From the NCBI GenBank assembly GCA_964016885.1, contig OZ024747.1, positions 51,398,001 through 51,462,000 of the forward strand: a stretch of DNA of 64,000 nt, written 5' to 3'. This stretch comes from Eledone cirrhosa (lineage: Eukaryota). How positions within the stretch are numbered: the first letter of the stretch is position 1; each line of letters starts with the position of its first letter. Of the stretch, positions 45,399-56,978 are shown in pieces. The translations under genes were made by a program, and so were the position numbers. The notes beneath the pieces were generated by a model. That model saw nothing but the letters and a program-made list of their open reading frames with translations, searched no databases and had not been told where the DNA came from.

Positions 45399-45406
<8 letters not shown>
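45269..45406. repeat. ~138-bp palindrome (centre 45338) abutting (TA)n
   Basis: ATATTGTTATACTTGGGGGAGGGTC...CACTCAC A GTGAGTG...GACCCTCCCCAAGTATAACAATAT. Confidence 0.9.
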
Positions 45407-45437
<31 letters not shown>

Positions 45438-45579
45438 TAAATCATCTACCACTCAACGGTAGGGTCTAAACCGCATGAAGAACTCAATGTAATCCGTATG
45501 TAGAAGATGTCGTGAAGCAAAGTTTAAAATACAAACATTTTTTTATCAACGATATAATTCAATTGGATACAGAGTCAAA

Positions 45580-45901
45580 ATAGAAATATTAAAACAATGA
45601 AATTAAACACAAAATTGTTAATTCATAGTAAAACACATTATTTTACGATCGTTTCTGGGGGGGGGGGTAGTCCACTGCATGTTCATTTAATTATTGATCT
45701 ATGTAAAACATATTACAATATATCATAGTGATAAAAGAATACATACGTCTTCACTACCCGCCGTCTTGAGAAATAAATTTAATCAGAAATAAATAGATCA
45801 ATAATTAAATGAACATGCAGACGACTACCCCCCAGAAACGATCGTAAAATAATGTGTTTTACTATGAATTAACAGTTTTGTGTTTAATTTCATTGTTTTA
45901 A

Positions 45902-45910
<9 letters not shown>
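45580..45910. repeat. Fold-back repeat with ~120-bp arms
   Basis: 45580-45702 is the reverse complement of 45793-45910; ends at (TA)n; includes the HHR 3' half GAAACGATCGTA. Confidence 0.88.
45638..45776 (-). ncRNA. Degenerate hammerhead with large stem II loop
   Basis: UUAUUU-CUCAAGA-CGGCGGGUAGU..ACUACCCCC-A-GAAA-CGAUCG-UA^AAAUAA, with a G5>C change in the core. Confidence 0.55.
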
Positions 45911-45951
<41 letters not shown>

Positions 45952-45998
45952 TGCGTGTGCGCGTGCGCGTGTGTTTGTGTGTGTGTGTGTGTGTGTGC

Positions 45999-46039
<41 letters not shown>

Positions 46040-46600
46040 AACGGTAAATAATGATGCAATTCAATTCAAGCACTCTACATACTTTTTCCACACAGGAAAG
46101 ACGGGATATATTTAGAATAAGAAATTGCGAAGTAGTTGCAGATGTTAAAGTCCTTTATTGATAATGCTGTGAGACATATTTCAATGACGACAGTGGCCAC
46201 GTGATTCCGCGTAACCAGTGCCATGATCTCATCAGGGAGCTTCATTACATAATCTACGACTTCGACTTCAGTTATACCATAACTTATATATATGTATGAG
46301 ATGAAAGAATGGTATTTAACTAATGTAATGGTACGCGATCGGGCCCACCCACAGCCCCGGCGGACAGAATGGAGAAGGCGTTTCCCAGGAGGACGGCAAG
46401 GGAGACGCGCTGGAAAAGCCACTCCAACTCGCGGGGCTCACACCTACGGCTGGCCAGCTCAGCGCCTATGGTGGTGAGTAAGGAGGTAGCCCTGGGGCAA
46501 GGTTACGTTTTCGAGCCAATGCAAATTAAAACGAAATGGGAACGAACAAAGATGATGTTTTTGAAGATTTCGCCCGTTCCCTTGTATATATATATATATG

Positions 46601-46897
46601 TAATATAAAACGAAAAATCAGTGATGCATCTGAACTCAATTTATTGTGTGTTACAATTGTTTCGCCGGCGGACAGCTCGAGACGCGATCATTGTGTGGAT
46701 CTGTCTGATTCTGGATCCGCAGGTTCGACGAACACGTCTAATGATTTCGGAGCAAATTCTCTCACCTGCGTCGAACCTGCGGACCAGAATCAGACAAATC
46801 CACGCAATGATCGCGTCTCGAGCTTTCCGTCGGCGAAACAATTGTAACACACAATAAATTGAGTTCAGATGCATCACTGATTTTTCGTTTTATATTA
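46601..46897. repeat. Fold-back repeat with ~130-bp arms
   Basis: 46601-46730 is the reverse complement of 46769-46897; contains GAAA-CAATTG-TA (HHR-like 3' half) but no CUGANGA. Confidence 0.9.
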
Positions 46898-47003
46898 TAT
46901 CATACTCTGTTGTGTAAGAACATAGAGTGCTCAACCGGCATATCGCCTATGGAAGCATCTTAGCTACAATCAGACACACACACAACACACGCACACTCAC
47001 ACG

Positions 47004-47061
<58 letters not shown>

Positions 47062-47068
<7 letters not shown>

Positions 47069-47501
47069 GCGAGGAAAGAATAGACAAAGAATTACCTATT
47101 TTTTTTCATAGTCCCTACTGCAGCTTCATCGACTGGTTTGCAGCACTGATACACCGGAGAAGTGCACCAACGCTGTGAGTATGTCGAATCATCAAGGGAC
47201 CCCTCATTTTGTGGACTGTTTCTTGACCGGATATTTCTCTGGAGGGAGAAATCGTCGCGTGGATGGAGGCAAAGGCTGGACATTGGACAGGTACCACATT
47301 TGCTAGAAATATCAGTTAGCATCCCCCTAATTAACTCTACCATAAGGGAGTTGGGTCAATAAAGTAATTAGATACACACATAGATATATAACTATGTGTG
47401 TATAATGTCCCGCCTTGACCAGTTTTACTCAATGACCGAGCGAGTTAAAATAATCATTTAATTAGAGCTATTCATAAAATTATAAATGCGAGGAAAGAAT
47501 A
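47062..47501 (-). mobile_element. 419-bp HHR-bearing monomer with 21-bp terminal redundancy
   Basis: TATAAATGCGAGGAAAGAATA at 47062-47082 and 47481-47501; (TA)n on the left and (CA)n on the right. Confidence 0.7.
47111..47200 (-). ncRNA. Degenerate hammerhead with long stem II
   Basis: GUCCC-UUGAUGA-U UCGAC..CAGCGUUGGUGCAC/GUGUAUCAGUGCUG..GUCGA U-GAAG-CUGCAG-UA^GGGAC. Two core substitutions; 14-bp helix held by G-U pairs. Confidence 0.65.
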
Positions 47502-47514
47502 AACACACACACAC

Positions 47515-47656
<142 letters not shown>

Positions 47657-48039
47657 ATAATAATAAATTTGAAGACTAAAATCCAAAGAGGGCTCGATAA
47701 GGATAAATATATATCAAATATATAAGAACCGTAGAGCAAACATTTATATATCATACTCTGTTATTTTAATATATATATATATATATATATAAATGTAATC
47801 TGAGTTTTTCGAATGTTAATAACATTCGATTCGTTTGCAATTATGCAAACAAGCCTCATTTTTATTCAGCCATGTAGACCGAAATTTATATATATATATA
47901 TATATATATGGAAAGTTATATTTAAAATTGTTGGGTTACAACTAGTAAATATTTATAACTGATATAAAAGCACTCGACAAATATTTGGAGTATATTTACA
48001 ATATTAAATAAATGGAAACTATATTTATAAAACCATATT

Positions 48040-48105
48040 TATTTCATTATATATATTTCGGGGATATCATATTAACAATATGCTATGCCTTCCTCAGACA
48101 AAATA
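48040..48105 (-). ncRNA. Hammerhead ribozyme (family A variant), left arm of a palindrome
   Basis: Mirror image of 48261-48326. Confidence 0.7.
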
Positions 48106-48260
48106 CAATATAAACTGTTTTATAGATAAATAGATTCGACATACCGTAACAACACCGACTTGCATTTGAAGAGGTTGAACTGGCAGTTCAACCTCTTCAA
48201 GTGCAAGTCGGTGTTGTTACGGTATGTCGAATCTATTTATCTATAAAACAGTTTATATTG

Positions 48261-48326
48261 TATTTTGTCTGAGGAAGGCATAGCATATTGTTAATATGAT
48301 ATCCCCGAAATATATATAATGAAATA
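48261..48326 (+). ncRNA. Hammerhead ribozyme (family A variant), right arm of a palindrome
   Basis: UAUUUUGU-CUGAGGA-AGGCAUAGCAUAUU..AAUAUGAUAUCCCC-GAAA-UAUAUA-UA^AUGAAAUA. Confidence 0.7.
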
Positions 48327-48363
48327 AATATGGTTTTATAAATATAGTTTCCATTTATTTAAT

Positions 48364-48446
<83 letters not shown>

Positions 48447-48537
48447 AGTGTAACTTGGAGTTACTTGGAGTCACCCGGGTGAGCACTCAATGTTTAGGTT
48501 CACTTCTGTGATGAGGTGTAGAGCTATACAGAGTGTA

Positions 48538-48726
48538 ATATATTGAAAAGATAACAAGGACAGTTGGTTACTCCTTCATTACATTTATTGGTAGGTGACG
48601 CGCCACTGATCAGCTCAAGGTTCGATCTATATCGATCTTACCCGAATCTATAATTGGCAGCTCAGCTCGACGGACCCTTTTATGAATGTAATGAAGGAGT
48701 AACCAATCGTCGTTGTTATCTTTTCA

Positions 48727-48732
<6 letters not shown>
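48538..48732. repeat. Small inverted-repeat element, ~48-bp arms (MITE-like or fold-back)
   Basis: ATATATTGAAAAGATAACAA..GGTTACTCCTTCATTACATT versus its reverse complement at 48685-48732. Confidence 0.75.
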
Positions 48733-48757
<25 letters not shown>

Positions 48758-48760
48758 CAT

Positions 48761-49175
<415 letters not shown>

Positions 49176-49261
49176 GTATACTCCAGTCCCACAAACTGTA
49201 GAGTGCTTCTTATCCGATATCTGCATTGCTTTATTGTACTACAATAAAACTCACCTCCTAC

Positions 49262-49293
<32 letters not shown>

Positions 49294-49314
49294 AAATATA
49301 GAGTGAAGATTCAT

Positions 49315-49640
49315 TGTTTAGTGGTTAGGGTATATAGCACATATCTGTAAGGTAATGGGTTCGATCCCTGATCTGGATCGTGCATTGTGTTCTTGCGTCA
49401 TCACTAATATAGGTTACTCTTGTCCAATTAGTAAGAGAAAATGTGTTGTACTTGGAATCCAAACTACCAGCATTGTTACACATTGTGTCATGCTGAATCT
49501 CCCTGAGCAGTACGTCGTGTAAACGTGTCTGCGGAATACTTAGTCACTTTCACACGAAACTATCAAGCATATTGTTCCGATGGTCAAAAAACTGGAACAC
49601 GTCGTCGAAATGTAGATTTGGTAACGAATGCCTGTGGTAA
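49315..49640 (+). mobile_element. Diverged tRNA-derived SINE
   Basis: TAGTGGTTAGG..GGGTTCGATCCC..CATTGTGTTCTTG head. Confidence 0.5.
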
Positions 49641-49689
49641 AGACTTTTTGTGATAACGAATTATACACATTGCATAGTGCAGTATATGT

Positions 49690-51955
49690 ACATATACAAA
49701 AATACATATGCACACACATATACATACACACATAGACATATACATACATGGACACATATATACATGGTCACACGTACATATATATACATGCACACACATA
49801 TACATACACACATACACATATACATACATGGACACATATATACATGGTCACACATACATATATACACATGCACACACATATACAGACACGGATACACATA
49901 TACACACATGGACACATTTATACATACACGGACACATATACACATACATGCACACATATATACATACATGGATACATATATACATACATGGATACATATA
50001 TACATACATGGATACATATATACATACATGCACACATATATACATACACGGACACATATATACATACACGGACACATGTATACATACATGCACACATATA
50101 TACATACACGGACACATGTATAAATACACGGACACATATGCATACATACACAGACACACATATACATACACGGACACACATATACATACACGGACACACA
50201 TATACATACACGGACACATGTATACATACACAGACACACATATACATACACGGACACACATATACATACATGGACACACATATACATACACAGACACACG
50301 TATACATACACAGACACACATATACATACACAGACACACATATACATACACATACACATGTATACATACACAGACACACATATACATACACGGACACACA
50401 TATACATACACGGACACACATATACATACACGGACACACATATACATACACGGACACACATATACATACACAGACACATGTATACATACACAGACCCACA
50501 TATACATACACAGACACACATATACATACACAGACACACATATACATACACGGACACACATATACATACACAGACACATATACATACACAGATACACATA
50601 TACATACACGGACACAGGTATACATACACAGACACACATATACATACACAGACACACATATACATACACGGAAACACATATACATACACAGACCCACATA
50701 TACATACACGGACACACATATACATACACGGACACACATACACATACACGGACACATGTATACACACACGGACACACATATACATACACAGACACATGTA
50801 TACACACACAGACACACATATACATATACGGACACACATATACATACACAGACACACATATACATGCACATACACATGTATACATACACAGACACACATA
50901 TACATACACAGACACACATATACATACACAGACACACATATACATACACAGACACACATATACATACACGGACACACATATACATACACAGACACACATA
51001 TACATACACGGACACACATATACATACAAGGACACACATATACATACACGGACACACATATACATACACAGACACACATATACACACACAGACACACATA
51101 TACATACACAGACACATGTATACATACACAGACCCACATATACATACACGGACACACATATACATACACGGACACACATATACATACACGGACACATGTA
51201 TACACACACAGACACACATATACATACACAGACACATGTATACATACACGGACACATGTATACATACACAGACCCACATATACATACACGGACACACATA
51301 TACATACACGGACACACATATACATACACGGACACACATATACATACACGGACACATGTATACACACATGGACACATGTATACATACACAGACACATGTA
51401 TACACACACAGACACACATATACATACACAGACACATGTATACATACACAGACCCACATATACATACACGGACACACATATACATACACGGACACACATA
51501 TACATACACGGACACATGTATACACACACAGACACACATATACATACACAGACACATGTATACATACACGGACACATGTATACATACACAGACCCACATA
51601 TACATACACGGACACACATATACATACACGGACACACATATACATACACGGACACACATATACATACACGGACACACATATACATACACGGACACACATA
51701 TACATACACAGACACATGTATACACACACAGACACACATATACATACACGGACACATGTATACACACACGGACACACATATACATACACAGACACATGTA
51801 TACACACACAGACACACATATACATACACGGACACACATATACACACATGGACACACATATACATACACGGACACATATATACACACATGGACACATGTA
51901 TACACACATGGACACATATATACACACATGGACACATGTATACATACATGCACAC
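49690..51955. repeat. 20-bp minisatellite (TACATACACGGACACACATA)n, about 110 units
   Basis: Directly visible 20-bp periodicity with variant units. Confidence 0.97.
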
Positions 51956-52277
51956 AGAATTTAATTTAAAAAATTCCCAATAAAAGATAGGAATGTAGGT
52001 CAAAAGTTTTAAGCTAGTTTCAGAAGAAACCTGTATAAGGAGCTGCACCTCGTATGCCGCTCTACTCAACCTACCTCCCACTCCACACATCTGCCATATA
52101 TCCTCATCCTCTGTACACACATCACCATCTTTACCCGATTAATTCACAAAGCACAACAATACCTCCCGCACAATACCTCCATTACATATCTCTCTCCCCT
52201 TCACTTCCCACCAATACTCCTTCACCGACAATTCAACCATCTCCACCGCCACACTACCACCGCAAATGCCGGTGCGT

Positions 52278-55200
52278 ACCACCACCACCACCACCACCAC
52301 CACCACCACCACCACAACTACGACCAAACCACCATTGCCACTAGACTACCTCCACCACCAACATTATCACCAGTACCATCACCACCACCACCACCACCAC
52401 AACTACGACCAAACCACCATTGCCACTAGACTACCTCCACCACCAACATTATCACCAGTACCATCACCACCACCACCACCACCACCACCACAACTACGAC
52501 CAAACCACCATTACCACTAGACCACCTCCACCACCAACATTATCACCACTACTACCACCACCACCACAACTACGACCAAACCACCATTACTACTAGACCA
52601 CCTCCACCACCAACACCACAACTACGACCAAACCACCATTACCACTAGACCACCTCCACCACCAACATTATCACCACTACCACCGCCACCAACACCACCA
52701 CCACCACAACTACGACCAAACCACCATTACCACTAGACCACCTCCACCACCAACATTATCACCACTACCACCACCACCACCACCATGACTACGACCAAAC
52801 TACCATTACCACTAGACCACCTCCACCACCAACATTATCACCACTACCACCACCACCACCACCACTACGACTACGACCAAACCACCATTACCACTAGACC
52901 ACCTACACCACCAACATTACCACCACCACCACCACCACCACCACCACCACAACTACGACCAAACCACCATTACACTAGACCACCTCCACCACCAACATTA
53001 TCACCACTACTACCACCACCACAACTACGACCAAACCACCATTACCACTAGACCACCTCCACCACCAACATTATCACCAGTACCATCACCACCACCACCA
53101 CCACCACCACCACAACTACGACCAAACCACCACTACCACTAGACCACCTCCACCACCAACATTATCGCCACCACCACCACAACTACGACCAAACCACCAC
53201 TACCACTAGACCACCTACACCACCAACATTATCACCATTACCACCACCACTACCACCCCTACGACTACGACCAAACCACCATTACCACTAGACCACCTCC
53301 ACCACCAACATTATCACCACTACCACCACCACCAACACCACCACCACCACAACTACGACCAAACCACCATTACCACTAGACCACCTCCACCACCAACATT
53401 ATCACCACTACCACCACCACCACCACTACCACCACCACTACGACCAAACCACCATTACCACTAGACCACCTCCACCACCAACATTATCACCACTAACACC
53501 ACCACCACCACTACGACCAAACCACCATTACCACTAGACCACCTCCACCACCAACATTATCACTACTACTACCACCACCACCACCACAACTACGACCAAA
53601 CCACCATTACACTAGACCACCTCCACCACCAACATTATCACCACTACTACCACCACCACAACTACGACCAAACCACCATTGACACTAGACAACCTCCACC
53701 ACCAACATTATCACCACCACCACCACCACCACCACTACCACCACCACCACAACTACGACCAAACCACCATTACCACTAGACCACCTCCACCACCAACATT
53801 ATCACCACTACTACCACCACCACCACAACTACGACCAAACCACCATTACTACTAGACCACCTCCACCACCAACACCACAACTACGACCAAACCACCATTA
53901 CCACTAGACCACCTCCACCACCAACATTATCACCACTACCACCGCCACCAACACCACCACCACCACAACTACGACCAAACCACCATTACCACTAGACCAC
54001 CTCCACCACCAACATTATCACCACTACCACCACCACCACCACCATGACTACGACCAAACTACCATTACCACTAGACCACCTCCACCACCAACATTATCAC
54101 CACTACCACCACCACCACCACCACTACGACTACGACCAAACCACCATTACCACTAGACCACCTACACCACCAACATTACCACCACCACCACCACCACCAC
54201 CACCACCACCACAACTACGACCAAACCACCATTACCACTAGACCACCTCCACCACCAACAATATCACCACTACCACCACCACCACCACTACCACCACCAC
54301 CACCACCACAACTACGACCAAGCCACCATTACCAATAGACCACCTCCACCACCAACATTATCACCACTACTACCACCACCACCACCACCACAACTACGAC
54401 CAAACCACCATTACCACTAGACAACCTCCACCACCAACATTATCACCACTACCACCACCACCACCACCACCACCACCACCACCACCACCACCACCACCAC
54501 CACCACCACCACCACCACCACCACCACAACTACGACCAAACCACCATTACTACTCGACCACCTCCACCACCAACATTATCACCACTACCACCACCACCAC
54601 CACCACAACTACGACCAAACCACCATTACTACTCGACCACCTCCACCACCAACATTATCACCACTACCACCACCACCACCACCACAACTACGACCAAACC
54701 ACCATTACCACTAGACCACCTCCACCCCCAACATTATCACCACTACCACCACCACCACCACCACCAAACAGGCACTACCAGCATGTTAAACCACTGCCAC
54801 CAGCATTATCAACACAACCACTGCCACCACCACCACCACCACCACCACCAGCACGGTAACCACTCCACCACTAGACCACCAACACCAGCATTATCACCAG
54901 CACCACTACCACCACCAGCACGTTAACCACTCCACCAGCAACAGCACCACCACCACCAGCAGGTTAACCCCTCCACCAGCAACAGCACCACCACCACCAC
55001 CACCAGCACCAGCACCACCACCACCAGCAGCAGCAGCACCACCACCAGCAGCAATACCACCTCCGCCGCCACCACAATCACCACCACCACCACCAGTACC
55101 ACCACCACCACCAACACCACCACCACCACCAGTACCACCACCACCAACACCACCACCACTACCAAACAAACAACACCACCACCACCACCATCAACACCAC

Positions 55201-55325
55201 CGCCACCACCACCACCGCCGCCGCCGCCACCAATACCACCACCACCACCATCAACATCAATACCACCACCACCACCACCAACTCCACCACCACCACCACC
55301 ACCACCACCACCACCACCACCACCA
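52278..55325. repeat. Compound minisatellite: ~55-bp core plus variable (ACC)n, grading into (ACC)n low complexity
   Basis: CAACTACGACCAAACCACCATTACCACTAGACCACCTCCACCACCAACATTATCACCACT repeated more than 30 times, to about 54760. Confidence 0.96.
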
Positions 55326-55797
55326 ACAAGCGACTTTACCTTCCCCCAAATTTCTGGCCTTGTCCCTATACAAGAAATCATTTATTTCGGGGTGATTAAA
55401 CAAATCACCATTAAAACACTTGTACCGATTCTTTCTTGATATCTCTTTGTCTCTTCCTCTCTATCGCATATTCTCTGTGCCCGGAAGATAGATATTAGCT
55501 CTGTTCAAACGTAAAGAGTCGATGGGCTTGACCATGTTTTAAATGCTCAAGAAATGCCGTCACAACGATGCCAGTGCGACACCATCAGGTGTTACGGGTC
55601 GATACATACACACACAAGAGCAGTATCCGTCAGAACAGCCAGGGTTTATATTAAACATATTTTATTTAATAATTCCTTGCAATCATTCATATCAACTATA
55701 ATGATTTCATATTTACCATAATATATCCATTGAATTACGATGATTTTGTTCTTTATATACTAGACCACCCGTGACACGTTGGGCCACGGGTGGTCTA

Positions 55798-55845
<48 letters not shown>

Positions 55846-55849
<4 letters not shown>

Positions 55850-56230
55850 ATAATAATAAGTTTGAAGACTAAAATCCAAAGAGGGCTCGATAAGGATAAA
55901 TATATATCAAATATATAAGAGCCGTAGAGCAAATATTAATTGAAATAACAGATTAAAGTTTAAGCAAAGAATCGCTGCTTTCACCCTTAACGGGATCTTC
56001 TGGAACTAAAAGAAGTCAATCTGTGAACGCAGAAGTAAATATTTCGAAAAACGTTGCAACCGAAGGAAGACAGGAAGACGATACTTTGGTTCGTGGAGAC
56101 GTCCCCTATACAAATAAGTAATGGTATAAAAAATAAAATATACTATGCTACCACATCAAGACGTAAATTATCCGCGTATTGTTCGTACTATCCGTTAGGG
56201 TATAATGTGGGGCTGTAATACAGGAAAGTT
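55846..56230 (-). mobile_element. Longest copy of a (TA)n-anchored repeat family (other copies 12713-12759, 28443-28530, 47653-47740)
   Basis: Shared end AGTAATAATAATAA..TTGAAGACTAAAATCCAAAGAGGGCTCGATA is joined to (TA)n; the other end is variably truncated. The far boundary is approximate. Confidence 0.7.
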
Positions 56231-56284
56231 TTATGCAATTTATGTTTATATATATACTCGTATATACTATGTTTATATATATAT

Positions 56285-56378
56285 ACTAAACCACCCGTGA
56301 CATGTTCACTTAAAAATAATTTTAGAATAATTAAAATATACACAGACATATATATAATGTAAAATGAAATTGGAAGGC

Positions 56379-56449
<71 letters not shown>

Positions 56450-56730
56450 CATATATGTGAGCGTATGTGAGCTATATATATACTGGTCACACATATATAT
56501 ATATATATATATACATTTTCTTTCTCTGTCTCCTCTTTCTCTCCCTCTCTCTTTATCAATGTACCCGGTAAAACCCCGTATCTCGGGACCAGTGTATCGA
56601 TTTACGCGAAACTTGTTTTATTCTATTCGTATACCCATTTCAAGCACAACTTCTTTTCAAAGTATTTCATACTATGTACCGTTTTGGCTGTATTATGTTA
56701 CAGACAAGCATACAATTTAATAGTATATAG
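56285..56730 (+). mobile_element. Second copy of the Helitron-like element
   Basis: Shares CATGTTCACTTAAAAAT, CGATTTACGCGAAACTTGTTTTATTC, TTTTGGCTGTATTA and the TAGTATATAG end with 7059-7675. Confidence 0.55.
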
Positions 56731-56745
56731 ATAGATATCTGTCTG

Positions 56746-56777
<32 letters not shown>

Positions 56778-56978
56778 GATAGAGTAAGACACGCTTCGCA
56801 TCGGCTCCGCTATTCCATCGGGATTTACCCTTGCTATTGTAAGTACCGGATAAATTTTTTAGTGCAACACATTTGGAACACTAACCCCTGTTATTTAGGG
56901 AAACATTTTTGCATTTACCCCCTTTTTAGGGGGTAAAATAAATATCTATTTTTGCCGAAAAATTTCTTTCTTGGCAGC

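Larger units (their letters stand above)
47997..48369. repeat. Near-perfect 373-bp palindrome (centre 48183) of an HHR-bearing element
   Basis: 186-bp arms, 1-nt spacer, one mismatch noticed; (TA)n on the flanks. Confidence 0.92.

Noticed and set aside
49650-52120. Long ORFs of 541-819 aa on both strands
   Set aside because: They are translations of a stop-free 20-bp minisatellite; there is no domain content.
52278-54760. Repeat-spacer pattern superficially like a CRISPR array, or a Pro-rich extensin/mucin exon
   Set aside because: Spacers are only (ACC)n length variants, frames shift and stop between units, the context is eukaryotic, and there are no cas genes.
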